Shown: one piece after another, positions 9,765 to 23,600 of the stretch | How positions within the stretch are numbered: the first letter of the stretch is position 1 | Layout: the number at the start of each line of letters is the position of its first letter | Origin: Caecitellus pseudoparvulus | Taxonomy: Eukaryota; Protista; Bigyra: Bicosoecida | Assembly: GCA_965644315.1 (NCBI GenBank) | Contig: CBFFRQ010000120.1 | Location: 1 to 42,402 of the forward strand | DNA: 42,402 nucleotides | Reading direction: 5' to 3' | Translations under genes and position numbers: made by a program | Notes under the pieces: generated by a model | What the model was told of the DNA's origin: nothing | Database searches by the model: none | Seen by the model: only the letters and a program-made list of their open reading frames with translations

Positions 9765-11429
9765 ATGGCTCGTCCCTTCGACCTCGTCCTTTTCGGTGCA
9801 ACAGGCTTTACAGGTGCGTAGAGCTGCTTTGTCGACATCGCTGCCGTGTGCGCAGAGTAGCCCCCTCCCGCTGCACACAGGCCGGCTCGTGGCAAAGCAA
9901 CTGTTGAAACACGGAGGCAAGCTCAAGGTAGGCTTCGCTGGCCGCAATGGGGCCAAGCTTGCCGCAGTGCTGGTGAGTGGGGGAGGGGCTTGGGGTCACG
10001 CGTGGGCGTCGAAATCCGCATTTGGCAGCTGCCCGTGCTTCAGGCACATGCGACGAGCGCACTGCCACACGGCGCTGTTCTCACGCAGGGCGAGCTTCCA
10101 GGAGGCAAGAAGGCGTCGGTGGTGCAGGCAGACGTGACTGACTCCGCATCTATCGAGGCCATGGTGCGGTCAACGCGGGTGCTCATCACGACGGTGGGCC
10201 CCTTTGACAAGTACGGCGAGTGTGTGGTGAAGGCGTGTGCTGAGGCAGGGACTGACTACGCTGACATCACAGGGGAGACGTGGTGGGTGGAGTGCATGCA
10301 GGCCAAGTACGCAGAGGCTGCCTCCAGCTCCGGCGCAGTGCTCGTGCCCATGTGCGGGGTTGACTCCGTTCCCTCTGACGTCACTGCCATGCTGGCAGCC
10401 CGCCACGCCACACAGCACCTGGGCACAGGCGTGTCAGTGGGCCACGCATACTTTACTGGCATGGGGGGCGTCTCAGGCGGCACCATTCACAGTCTCCTGG
10501 GCGCTCTTGAGGCGTCAGACAAGGGCAAGCTTGCCGCGCACCCGTGGGTGTGTGCGCGCATGGACCTACCTGCTCCGGCATCTTGTGCCCCCACCACCGG
10601 CATCGGGGGGGGTACGCGCCCCCCTGCCCGCACCGCTGCCACTCCCCCCGTTCGCGCCTCCCCCGCCTCGTTCCTGGCCCCCATGACGGAGATGCAGAGT
10701 GTCGCTGCAGACTTCCCCCTCTTCCCGGTATGGGATGCCGAAGCTGGCGTGTACAAGGCCCCCTTCATCATGGCGCCTGTGAACACACGGGTGGTGCGGC
10801 GCTCTGCCGTGCTGCACGGCATGGCTGGCATTCCCTACAGCGTCGCCGTCACCCCCTCCTCCTCCCAGGCCCAGCCGTACCTGTACACAGAGCACATGCC
10901 TTGTGCCAACTGGTTCTTTGCGCTGGGCATGTGCTGGTTGACGGCACTGGGCGGCCTGCTGCTGGCCTTCCCGCTCACCCGCTCTCTCCTCCTGCCCTTC
11001 CTCGCCTCACCGGGCCAGGGCCCATCCCCCAGCACCTTGCAGTCGGGCTGGCACCGGGTGGTGCATGTGGCCACTCCGACTGACCCAGACCAACAGTGCC
11101 AGCGCATCGTGGCAGCCATTCAAGGCGGTGAGCCTGGGTACACCGCCACCAGCGCCATGCTGGCCACCTGTGGCATCCTGCTGGCGACACAGCGAGACAC
11201 GCTGCCTGCAACCCTTGTGCATGGGGGTGGGTTTCTGACGCCAGCTGCCGCCTTCGGCGTGGCCCTGCCCAAGGCACTGGCACAGCGGGGGGATTTCGGC
11301 GTCTACGTGGACACAGTGCCACGGTCCGAGCTGCAGGCCAAGCTTGCTCCCCTACTCAGCTCAACCAAGCAGGCGCCAGGCGCAGAGCTGGTTGAGCCAG
11401 GCGCTGCCCGCGGGCAGGTCGAGTGGTGA
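9765..11429 (+). CDS. SCCPDH: Saccharopine dehydrogenase-like oxidoreductase (SCCPDH / trans-acting enoyl reductase family), ~493 aa. Exons 9765-9813, 9881-9972, 10089-11429
   Basis: The spliced N-terminus MARPFDLVLFGATGFTG/RLVAKQLL...FAGRNGAKL carries the Rossmann motif. Further motifs: TTVGPFDKYGECVVKACAEAGTDYADITGE, CGVDSVPSD, SGGTIHS, APFIMAPVNTRVVRRS, PGQGPS, EPGYTATSAML, GGFLTPAAAFG. Introns are 9814-9880 and 9973-10088. Confidence 0.9.
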
Positions 11430-11684
11430 TGCGAGCACGACTCTCGTGCAAAATGTAATGCCAGTGGGCGCCGAATGTGCCTGGTTGCCGTGCGTGCTTG
11501 CAGTCGCTGGGCCGCATTGCATAGCCTGTGCCGCAGCGCTGGCCAAGTTGGCAAGGCCCGTCAGAAGGCCAGCCACCACGCCGGCACCACTGCGGGGCCC
11601 TTTTTCTCAAAGCCGCGGGCGAGGTCACCCCACAGGCATCCAAGAATTCCCACACCCCAGTGTCCCACCAGCTTTGCACCTTTC

Positions 11685-14600
11685 ATGGCTGGCCAGGCAG
11701 ACGACGCGCTGCTCTCTCTGCGCACGGCGCTGCGGCATTTGAGCGAGGCCCAGGATGCCGCACAGAGCGAGGCCGCAGCAGAAGACTTGCTTGCCACGCT
11801 GAAAGTGCACTTGGCAGAGGAAGACCTGTTTGGTACGCATATGGCTGCTTGCTTGTGCTTTTGAGCTCGCGGCGGCGCTTTCAAGGTCTTGTTCCCTTTC
11901 TCGAGCCGTTGCAGACCAAGTGCTGGCTCTGGTTCTGTCACCGGGAGCTGACAAGGGCTCCAGCAGTGTGCTGGAAGCCCTGCGCGCTGCCCAGGCACCG
12001 CATCTTGAGGCATCGTATGCAGCATGCCGGGGCCTCTTGTACTCAGCCCTGGAGAAGCTGATGGTAGCGGACGCAGCATTCAGCCCGTGGGCTGATGACG
12101 TCGCCGCGGTGGTGCTGCGGGGCGCCATGCACGAGGAGAGCAGCAAACTGCGGGAAACAGCCTGCTCCCTCCTTCGCAACATCCTCACGCGCTTTCCAAT
12201 CAGCCAAGTTGCAGTGGGGGAGGAGGCATACTCTGCGCTGTGGGCCCAGCTGCGAGACGGGCGATTTGCCAGTGCCCAAGGCCAGGCAGGGGAGGTGCTT
12301 GCGCTGCTGGGGGTCATTGTGCTGCGACAGGGGGACTGCACGACTGCAGGTGACGCAGAAGTGCTGTTGGCTCACTGCATCCACACTCTGCAACGCGAAA
12401 TGGGCACCTCTTCAGGCGCTGCATCGGCATTCTCCACCACCCATGCCGGGCCACGCATGCAGGTCATTTGGGGAGCGTTTCACGCCACCACGTCCCTTCT
12501 CACTGCTCACCCGAGCCTAGTATGCAAGACTACCGATGCAGGGGCTGCTGCTGCACAGAGTGTGTACACCCTTGCCTTCCAGCAGGGCACGACGCTGCCA
12601 GAGCACGTGAAGCGCTTCTCTGCATTGGAAGCCGCTGTCGAGCTTGTGAGGCGGCATGCGCGCCTCTTTACGCACCTCTTGTGCTCCACAGACGGTCCAC
12701 GATGCTGGGTGCGTCTGCTGCGGCTGGTGCACACGAAGCACAAGTATTTGGCGGCGGGGGCGCAGACGGCGGCTATGGCTGTCACAGAGGCCATCGCTGA
12801 TGCCAGTACAGCGCAGACTGAGGGCGACAGGCCACCACAAAGTGTCATTTCTGAAGTGTACAGGGCTTTATGCGCCAACCTGCTCTTGATGGTGCAGGGT
12901 CAGCCTGCCATTGCGCCAGGCGACGAAGATTCCACAGTGCCAGCTGACTCGTGGCTGTACAAGCCCAGTGCTGACTTGAACTTGGCCCTGCACGGCATCG
13001 GCGCGCTGGCTCCACTCGTGGTCAGCATCGATGGCCCGGATGCTGCTGCATCCTTGGTGCCTGTGCTGCTCAAGGCAGCTGCTGGTGTGGGTGGTGAGTC
13101 AAGCAAGCCACACCACGGCAGCACCAGGCACGGAATGGCCAGGACGCCCCACGTGAGCACAGCATGTGCTGCGCTGCACGCGGCAGCTTGCCTCTTGTTC
13201 ACCCTTCCCGAAAGGCACGTTGCAGCTGGTGTGTGGACGGAGGTCAGCACCTGTCTCCACAAGCTGACAGTGTTGTTCCCGACGCTGTTTTCTGTTGGAC
13301 GCTCGCCGCGACATGCGGTGGTGCAGGCGATCCTCATGAGCTTCCTTGCAGCCCGTGAGCATAGCGACGCACTGCTGTCTCTGTCTAAGGCATGGACGTC
13401 TAGTGTGCTTGCCGTGGCCAGCCATCCCGGCCACTTCGCCGCCGAGCTGAGCCGCTGCACTGGGCAAAGCACAGCTGCGGCGCCAACCTTCTCACACCCC
13501 GTGACAGGGGAGCCTGAGACATCCCCAGCGTTCGAGTACGGTGTGCTCATCGCTGAAGTGGTGCATCCTTCTGCCTCCGGCAGCCTAGGCATTCTGAAAG
13601 CCACCTTGCGCAGGCTCGGGTGCCAGAGTACCTCTCAAGCAATGAAGGCTGTAGCCAAGACGGTCAGTGTGGCACTGTGCAGGGAGCTGCATGTGACACT
13701 GGCGGCGGTCAACCTCGGCGTGACTGTTGCTGAGGCACAACAGGGGGCAGATCCAGATGCCGTGGAGGTGCTCCTTGCATCTGTCCGCACAAGTGGAATG
13801 GATGCTGCACTGCCGAAAGCAAAAAGTGGAGCTGCTTCCAGCCACACAATTGTGCCACTGAAACCAACAGACATGATCACCTTTGTTGGGCTTGCAGATT
13901 GCTTCTGCACGTTCCTTCCTATGGTGCCTGGCGCTCTGTGGGCTTCCGTCGCCACCGACCTCCTCAGCGTGGCTTGCCGCCAAGCCAGGCGCTTTCCCCA
14001 CGTGGGTGGACTGTACACGCTGGTGTCCGCAATTGTGGCGACAAGCCACCAAGGGGGGGTATTTCAAGGCATGGCAGCGTCCGCTGCGTCTCAGGTTAGA
14101 AGTGCTTGCCGCGCAGTGGCCCAGCTCGCATCCGCCACAGCAGTGGCGTGCGCCTACCATGCCCCTTCACTTCAAGTGGCATCGGTTGGGTTCCTGCTTC
14201 GGCTTCCCCAGCCAGTGTTCGAAATTGCCGGGTCAAGCGCAGATAGCATTGCATCCATCAGGCTGTCGGCTTGCCTGGCAGCATTGCGGTTGGGGTTGTC
14301 AGCTGCAGGCCTCATGGGCCAAGCCGTCGCTTCCCTGCAGCGCTGGCAAGCTACAGACCCAGCGTCGTTATCTGCACACCTGCCTGAGCTACTTCCGTTG
14401 TTGAAGCCGCTTGTTCTCAGCGAAGGGCAAGCAGGCCCCGGCATGGATGTGGCGGCCGTAGGTGATGCTACTTCACGTGGGCGCTCGTCTGGAGTGCAGC
14501 GAGCTCGCCGAACGGCAGCTGGGGCGCAGCTCGCGCAGCAATTTGACAAGCTGAAGGCTTCAATGGAGGATTCATTGGTAAAGGCTTTTGGTCAGGGCAT

Positions 14601-17600
14601 TTTGCTGGGTGGGGGATCGGCGGAACACAAAGCTCTCTTCCCCCGAGAAACCGACGCAGTGCTGGACGCCAGCAGTGCAGCGGCAGGGCTGGCTCACTTT
14701 ACTGGACAAGACTCCACAAGCACAGCGGAGGCAACCCTACAAGAGCTGAGGGTCTGTGTCTTTCACTTTCTTGGAATGCTGGGCTCTAGCGCAGGACTAC
14801 TGGAGGGGGAGCTTCAAGCGGCAGCGGCAGATGCTGCGGCTTGGGGGGACTGCGCTGACCCAAGCAGCTCTCAAGCGCTAGAGTTCACTGTGAACTTGGG
14901 ATCCGAAGAGCTTCGCCTGCCCTTGGCGAGGCTGCTTCCCCAGGCTGTGGCGGCTGCGCAAGGGGCGCCCACACGCTCCGCTCGAGTTGCTGCACTGGAG
15001 CTCGTTCACGCGATGTTTCTGTCCATGCTGGGGCAGATGGCACATCACTCTGGCTCAATGGCCTTTCCTGATACATGGGCGCGCACACTTTCTCGCGTGA
15101 CGTCTCATGTGGTAGAATTCGCAGCCTCAGGGGAGCGCGTGGCTTGCCAGCTCTTTGAGCCGCTCCTGCAGCAGCAGGCAGCATTTCTTGCCCGTGCATG
15201 GGGTAAAGAGACCCGGTGGAGGTCAGCTGGGAAGGACTTTCTGGACCTGCTTCTAGGCTTGTCCAAGGCGAAGGACCCGCGGGTCCAACAGGTCGTGGCT
15301 GCCGCAATGGCGCAGGCGGTCAGGTGGGGCATCAAGTCGACGACTGAACAGGCGCTGGAGCAGGGCCTGTCTGGCAGGCAGTCGGGGTCCACACCCTTTG
15401 CCTTGGCTGCTGCGCAATGCCTCGTCGCAGCGGCAGAGCACCCCCTGCCACAGTGCAGATTGGTAGGGGCAAATGCTTTCGCACAGTGCTACTGCGTCTT
15501 TCGCGAGGAACCCTCCCTCGCACTGAAGTTCTCCGTACCCCTGGCGCGGGCGTTCCTTGCAGCGTGCATTGCTGAGCCCCGACATACCACTGCAGTAGCA
15601 TCCGACGAAGTCCACGCTGCTGTGTCGACTGCCCTGTCACGACTGCAGCGAATCCTGGTTAAGTACGCGACACCCCTGCAGGAGGAATCGACGGAGCTGC
15701 TCGAGTTCTGCTGCCAACTCCTGAGCCATGAACAGTCGGCTGTGCGAACGCAGGCTATCCGCATGGTGGATGCACTTAAACCGGAGGTGCACAGAAAGCC
15801 AGCTCTTGTCCAAACTGCGGGTCGTTCAACGCCGCGGGGTGAAGCCAGCTGCAGAGTGTTTGTGGAAGCATTCGAGCGGGGCGCCTTTGCTGGCCCCTTT
15901 GCTTTGAAGTGTTTGAGCTGGGCACCAGCCGTGTCATCGGAGTTCCAGTTGGGTATTTTCCGTGCTGAATCCAAGGCATGGCCCGTCTCCGATTTGCGCA
16001 GTCTTGTCACGGCAGCGTCCAGCGCTTTGCACTGCTTCGCGCTGGCTCTGCGGAGAAAATGGCTCACAGTGCATGAGTTCCTGGACCTGGCCACGCGCGT
16101 CGAAGAGGGAGGAGCTGCTGCGAGCAGTCCTTCGCGCACTACTTCGAGGCTGCTCCCAGTGATCTCGTCACTCCTACACGTCCAAGCCCCTTCGCGCTGC
16201 TCACAACCAGGCAGTCCTGAGTCTTCCCAGCGACTTGTTGCCAGGCTGTACTTTTACATTTGCCAGCTCCTGCAGGAGGTCCTACAAGGTCCCGATCATA
16301 GCACGCTGTTTGTCGTCCAGGAGCTGGAAAGTTGCGGTTTCCTCTCGGCAGCCCTCGTGCGGGACTTGCTCCTTGTGGCGGCGATGCCCGAGGTCGTGGG
16401 TGCGGATTGCCTGGACCCGCTGGCCAGGAAACGCATGCCAGGCGAGGTTCGCTGTGTGCTGGAACTTCTAAGCAGTGCTGGAATGTCTAGCCTGTTGTCT
16501 CAGGGACTACACCAAGCCAGTTCTTTGGCTGCTGCGCACTTTGCACAAGAGCTGCCTTCAAGCATGTGCATGGCGCCTGTTCTTGAGGTCTGCTTTGACG
16601 CTGGTTTAGGCGATCTCGTCAAGGATCAGGCGCCCTTACTTCTCAGCGGGGCAGGGTCTGCAGAGGCCGCCTTGCTTGCAGCTTGTGTGCAGTACATTAC
16701 AAGTCAGACCGAGCCCCGCCAGGGCCCGGCCCTCTCTGCCCTGAAGTGCAGTCTGCTCTTGGGCTGCCCACTGATCGACGAGGGGACTCCTGAAGGCTCG
16801 TCCTCTTCTTTGTTGGGGGCACTGCTGAGCACCAGCCCAGCAGGGGTAGGTGAAGTTGGTGCTTGTACAAGGGGAGGTCTCATGCGGGCATTTGCCGCTG
16901 ACTCGCGCGAGTGCTACTCTGCCTTGTGCTCGGAGAAGCACCTCCCAAGCGTGACCGCTGCGCTGCGAGCTGTGTACTCGGCAGGTTGGCGCACAGAAAG
17001 TATGCTAGCACTATCCAGCATTGCCGTGCTGCGCGGCATGCTTGCTTTTGCGCAGGATGTGTATGCACCGCAATCACCAGCTGCAGCGGCAGGTGCCCAG
17101 GGAGCCCTCGCCGCGGCAGAGGACATTGCTCTGGCATGTTTCAAAGTGTTGGGGCCTGCGATTGAGGGTTTGTCCACTGGAGCTATGGTTGATGGAGGAC
17201 TTGAGCGTGGGAGGGAGGTGATTGGGTTGCTTTCCAGCGCTCTGCGCCTTGCTCCCCGCGTCCTTGCGGAGCCAGGGATGGAACAGGCTGGGGACTTTCC
17301 CCTTCTGGGCTTTGAAAACTTCATGGGGTCTGTCTTAAGCCACTCGAGTTTTCCATGCAGCTTGAAGAGCCTGTTTGTGCAAGAACTAGGCCAGTACTTG
17401 CTGCCAGGCTATGCAGCATGCAGCCCGCTCCACGTCCGACCGGAGCACCTCGAAGCTGCGTCAGCTGTACCTGCAGACCGAGACTTGCCGATGCTACCGC
17501 TGGCAACAGTGGAGGGTCTCTCAGCTATCCCAAGGAAGTTCTTCGATTTGCTTGGTGACGCCTTGCACCAACACTTGCCTGTTGACCACAGAGTATTGGC

Positions 17601-20600
17601 TGGAACGGCGAGCGAAAGTGCCGAGGTAGCTGACGCGACAGAGCTGGCCGTGAGATTCTTGGAGCTCTTTGCTTTTAATGGGGCGTTGTCTCTGCTTCCG
17701 CTGCTATGCAGCATGTTTCTGCGGCAAGCGCCGTCGAGCCCTCTGTCTGCAACTCTCGACGACTGCCTGCATACAGCTGCTGCAAACCTTCCCACGTCCG
17801 GGCCCATGGCTGACCATGTGCTCTCTTGCCTCTGTCGGGTGTGCCTCGTCGGCCTGACCGACCCCTTTGAAGGCAGCGATGTAGCAGGCACTGGTCACGC
17901 AGACTTGCTTGATCCAGTGGTCTTGGACAGGTACTACTCGGCCTCTCCAGGCAGCGCAGCTTGGGTCGCGCAGCCACATGTACGAGTGGCGGTTTGCCAG
18001 CGCCTGCTCGTGCCCTTTCTGCAGCGCATGGCGCAGTGCAGGCAAACGGCAGCGCAGGCGTTCACTTCCACGGAGGTTATGGTGAACGTGGGTATGGTGC
18101 CGCCACGCCAAGCATTGCAAGGCTGGCCTGGGACTGCCAGCTCACGGTTGACACGTGCAGCCCTGCGTACTTCTGTGGAAGAGGGGCAGCCGCTGTTCCA
18201 CGATGGTAGCACGGCCTCAGGAAACTGGTGCCTGCTTTCGTTCCTGTACCGCATCATCACGTCTACAAGACTGCCGGAGGGAGCCAGGATCGCACTGGAT
18301 GCGTTGCTGCGAGGGGAAAGCAGCCAAGGGACTGCCGTGTACCTTGCAGAGTATGTCGCGAGTGCGACTGTCGCGTGGAACCTTGTTGGGGTTCTGTACG
18401 AGGGCCCTGCGAGGTGGAAAGGTGCTCGTCAGATGTGGGCACGCGCCCTCGGGCATTCCGGCAAAGATGAGACTTTCTTGTTGACGCTCGTGATCAAGAT
18501 TGCCAGCAAACAGTGGCTAGCAGGGCATGAACTTGCCTTGGACATGTCTGCCAGAGGCCAACAGCCCCTGCCTCGCGAGGCTTCAGATGCTGCGCGCTTC
18601 AGCACCCTGTACTCCCTGCGCACTCACTTGTTCCGAGCGGTGTACTCTGCCCTCATCATTGCACTGCACCGCACCCAAGAAAAAAGCAAGTTCTTTCACA
18701 AGCGCCTCTTCAGCCCGGCCCAGGGTGTAACTCCTGGCTGGCTGTGGGAGTGCGTTGCCGATGGGGCGTGGGCAGCAGGCCAGGACGGTGGCGAAGCGCT
18801 GCTGTCAGTTGAAGGAGACCCTGGGGTATGGGACGCTGCACATGCCCCCTTGAAGGCCGACGTTTCAGTGTCTCACGAGTGGGTGGTGGTGCCCTCTGAC
18901 GCCTGGTTGCCTTGCTTGCCTTGGGTTGAGCCAGAGTCTGGGCAACGGCCTGAGCACCTGTCACGCAGGCTATGGAGAGGCTCTCGCCTTCTCGAAGAGT
19001 CACGTAATTCTCAGCTACAGACAGGAGGCACGGCACGCCAGCTGGGCTCCAACATGTTTGGCGCCCCAGCGTGGATGGGCCGCTCGCAGCAAGCCGACTC
19101 GCCTGTCCCAAGCTCACCCAGCATGACAACGAGCGATGCAGGGGGCAGCAGCCCACAGGCTGGCGAGGAAGATGTTACCCTCTCCCTTCAAGATCACGTG
19201 GATGAACTTGCGGAGGACCTCTCCCGCTCCACGGCGCAGGGCTTGCGTTGGGAGCTGAGCAGCCATGGCGTGAACCCTGTACTGCTGCTCATGGTGCGCG
19301 TGCTGGATTGGATGACTGACTCCTTCGCCCTCGAAGAAAAGTGGGTGCCCATCTTCGAGACAGATGCCACTCCCCCTGAACGCGCCTACGCCAACGGCTA
19401 CCTGGAGGGCAACGTCGCTGATCCTGAGGGCGCGTCGGAAGAAGAAGCGCGCAAGCAAGCGAAGGGTCGCCTCACACGGGTTTTGCCCGCCGAGTCCCGG
19501 CAAATGCCTGCCTTTATGGAGCGTTTGCACGCAGCCATCGCCTCCACAAGTCTGTCGCTGCGAGGGAGGCTGGCGGCAGCACAGTTGCTGGTCCTGCGAC
19601 CACTCCTTTTCGCCCCGTGGGCGCAGCAGTGGACCAAGCCGCTTCTTAGGCTGCTGCGAGACCTGTGCGCATTGCCGGTGAGCACTGGCATGGTGCCTTT
19701 CAATGTGCATGTGCATGATCTGGCAGAGCTGTTTGTCAAGTGGGACGCCGGGAGGCCCGCCGATGCGGAGGATGTGGCCGCCGCGCAGGCCGTGCTGCAG
19801 ACTCTCATCTCTGCGACACCACAGCGAGTGGCTTTGTTGTGGCAGCGCAAGTTGCACGTTGTGAAACAGCTCATTGGAATCTGGACTTCCCCTGTGCACC
19901 CGGCGGCCGCGCAGGTGTCGCATGTCGCGGGGTTGCCGCTTTGGCAGCATGTGAGGATTCGCAAGACTGACGTCTTCGATGCTTTCCAAGAGCGCGACGG
20001 GAAGAGCAGTGGGTACTTGAGCTTTGCGGACCGCACGCTGGCAACCCAGATGGCAGTGCTCGCTTGCCTTGTGCGCTGGAGAGTGCCTGTCTTCGACCCA
20101 ACCTTTGACGCACGTCCAGACTTGAATATGTGGGCTGTGTCCGACATGGCATCAGCTCTGACAGCGACGCTACGTGCCAGGGACCGAATGGCCCGGGAGG
20201 TGTACATGCGTACCGCAGAGCTCATCGGCTTGATGGCTGCCCAGATTCACTTTCAGCCCCCGGCTCCCAGCGTTTCCTGGTCGGAGCTCTACCCACAGGA
20301 TAGCTTCGCCAAGGTGCAGCGCAGCGTCACCGAGACGCTGGTGGCCCTGCACAACAAGCCACCCAAGCGAGACAGGGGATTTCGCACCCGTTTTATTGAG
20401 TGTGCTCGAATGCTGGGGCAGCACTGCCCGCAGCTGATTGATTCTGTCAGAGTTAGCCAAGCACTGGCTGTGCTGGGTCACGTAGAGCCGTGGCAGCGGG
20501 CACGGCAGGGTCGCTGCATCATGGACATCTTTGCATCGTATCTGAAAACAGACTGCTCGGTTGAAGACGCCCTCGTTCTCTTGCGGGGGCACCTGGGTGT

Positions 20601-23600
20601 CCTCTTTCGACCGTCCACCCACGCCAGTCTGCAGGCACGAGTGCTTACGGTCCTGGCGGACGCCTGCCGCAGCCATGGACTCGACGAAACGTATCTCCAC
20701 AACGTCTTCCCTAGCAGCCACACGGGAGGCACCGAGGGTGCTGCTTTGCACAGCCTCCTTACCAGCAGAGACTTGGCTTGCAGGGCAGCCCTGATGGACC
20801 TGGCCTTTGCTGTCGCCAAGCGGAGCGACCTGGACGGAAGTGCGGTGCAGGCGGCCGCACTGCGTGTGTTGCTTGCGGGTACACAGGATGCAGATGAAGC
20901 CCTGCGTGAACAAGTCTTGCGCTTCTGGGATGCAGAGGCGGGGTTATCGGAGAGCGCAAGCGTTCGCTGGCTCCAGGTGGTTGGCTTTGCTTCGTGGCCC
21001 TGTCAGGCGTCAACTTGGAGTCAAATTGCCTGCACGCTACTTCTGCGTCCAGCCATGGCTTCCCCGACTGAGCTGCAGACATGTATGACGACCCAAGCTC
21101 TGTGGGAAGACAGCGACTTCAAGCAGCAAGGTGTGGATACAGGTTGGGTCTCCGGCAGCGGCGAGCGCGCGCTTGCACAGTCATTGGTCCGTGGGAGCCA
21201 GGCACAAGAAGCACAGCACTTGCTGCGCGCAACGGTAGCGGAAGAAAACGCAGAAGGTGCACTCTTTAGTGCAACGCTTCCTACAGACGCTGGCGGTGCG
21301 TACGGGAGTGTAGGGGGCGGTACGTTTGCTGTGCGAGACGAGTTCACGATGCAGGCCTATGACGATGTCCCAGCTGACCGACCACGGGCGAGTGGTCCCC
21401 GACCCGAGCACTTAGCGAGTGCCCGAGACATAGCTGCTGCAACGCTGCAAGATCAGCGTGAGCTGCCCAGCATCGTGAGTGACCTACGCAGCAGTGTGTC
21501 ACTGTATGCTCGAGCGGCCTCCTCTGGTCCAGCACCCGTTTCGGCTGCAGGTGCACTGCAGCAGGCAGATGCATCTAGAGTGCTCAGAGTGCGATTTGGA
21601 GGGGCTGAGACCTCCCAGCGAGATGAGAGTGATGAACAGAGCCGAGAGCCGCACTGGAGGCGGGCCCTGCAAACTCGACAGCGTAAACGCGCAGCGCAAC
21701 GATCTGCCCAGGCCAGTGCGGGTCGTGTCGTCGCACTGTTTCGCCAATACCGCGCGGGAGACTTCCCTGACGTGCAGGCAAAGCGTGGTGATTTGCTGCG
21801 TCCGCTCATGTCTTTGTGCAGCAAAGACCCACTCATGGCCCAGTGTTTGCTTCGCTACACAGCCTTGGCCCTGTACACAACTCAACCAAAACGAGGTGGG
21901 CCAGCATTGAACCGCACAGCCATCGGGCGACATGTCTTGCGATCCTCACTGCGAGCTATCAGCGTTAAGGCCAGCAAGGGGCCAAGCTTCCTAGGCGGCA
22001 ACGCCGCCGGGAAGGGCACTCTGACCTGCTTGATGCACCTGTCACGTGATGCGGCACAGGCGGAAGCAGATCCAGCGTGCACGTTGCTGGACGCCTCCAC
22101 GGGCATGTCTGAGGAACCCGCACACGCCGCTCGCCAAGACAGCGCCGACGTGGTGTTGGAGGCACCCTCTGGCGGACAGGGGTTGGCTGGGCTGCAAGAA
22201 TCTGGTGCGGGGACGACATGCCAAGCGGAGTTGCAAGGTTGCATCGCGCGCAGTCAACTGTGGATTGACCTCCCACCGCCACCTCTGGATCACCTCGCCC
22301 TGCCCAGCGCTTTCCCGTTAGGCGTAGCTGAGATCACGAGCGCTACGGCTGGCCTGGGCTTGGAGCAAGAAGTGCTTGCTTACTTCGAGAGCGGCTTGCG
22401 AGTCTCTGGCCAAGATGGCACGTTTGACGGGGTAGGGGGAGGCAGCGCATCCCTCGTCCGACAAGGTTCAGCCTTATCGCTGCTTTCGCAGAGCCTGAAC
22501 CCAAGTGGGAGCCTCGGTGCTGCGAGTGTGCGGCAGTCTGCCAGGCAAGCTACAGCTGACAGCGCCACACCTAGCACCCGGGCGCGGAGATCAGGGCGCA
22601 GCGTTTCCATGCCACGGCAGCAGCAGGCGCGGATCACTGCACGTCTGCCGCAGAGGTCGTTTCCCAATCCCGCCGAAGCCTGCTCAGCCCGGCAGGCGGT
22701 GGCGCAGCTGTTCGCGGACATGTCAGACCCAGACAGCGCGGCTGGCGCAGCAACCACTGTCCTGGGCTCTGAAGCCTCTCGATTGGGTGCCAGCGCCGAG
22801 GCCTGCGGGCATTTCGTGCTGGCCGCAGGTGTGTATACGAAGGCTATCGAGGCGCAGCAGACATTGGAAAGCCATCCCACCGCACCGGGCATGCTGGTGG
22901 TATCTCAGCCGCGCACGGATACGGTGCTGGTCACCCCGCCTGCTGCTTCCAAGCTCGGGCTGCCGTCTTGGACGCGGCACGTCTGCCTGTGGGACCAAGG
23001 CGATGCACTGTCAGTGGATGAGGTGAGCTGGTGGGAAGACCGGTACCTGCACAGTCTGGAGCAGCTGGGAGACTGGGCTGGCGTGTCTGAGGGCGTCCAT
23101 GCGACGTTGGACCGAGCGTTGAAGGAGGAGGTGGAAGATGCGCTTGGAGAAAGCAGTGTTGAAGGCACTCACACACTCGGAGGAAACCCACTGTATCCGT
23201 TCTTGTGGGGTGGGAATGTGGAGGTGGTCGTCGATGGGCAGAGGCAGTCACTTGTGCCTTCAGCACCTCATGGAGGAGTGCAGCGTCTGGCACTGCTTGT
23301 CCAGGCGATGGCTCGTGGGGGGGGCATGCAATCCCAATTAAGCCAGGTGCAGAGTGTCGCTGCAGCATCGCCTGTTGTGTCCTCATGGATGGAGCAGCAC
23401 AGCCATCTCTTTCTCGCGCTTGCCGCCATGCAAGCGGGCAGCGTTGGTGAGGTGTCCAGTCACCTGAACTCCTGGCGTGGCAGCGCCACTTGGGCGCTTA
23501 CCAACATTCAAGCATTCTCGAACGCAGATAAAACGTGCAGGCTCTTGGATGCATGCCGCCGCGTGGCCTCTGTCGCTGCGAAACATCCCCAACGCGGCAG

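Noticed and set aside
11454-11458. TGTAA green-algal-type poly(A) signal after SCCPDH
   Set aside because: It is not seen consistently after the other genes and is too short to support.
11830-11914. ORF-track non-ATG or intronic starts (11830, 9990, 27721, 30136, 32706, 9417) and the internal ATG start at 6829
   Set aside because: These are artefacts of a prokaryote-style caller. Spliced models from upstream ATGs (or ATG 9327 for ALKBH8) restore conserved N-terminal motifs.
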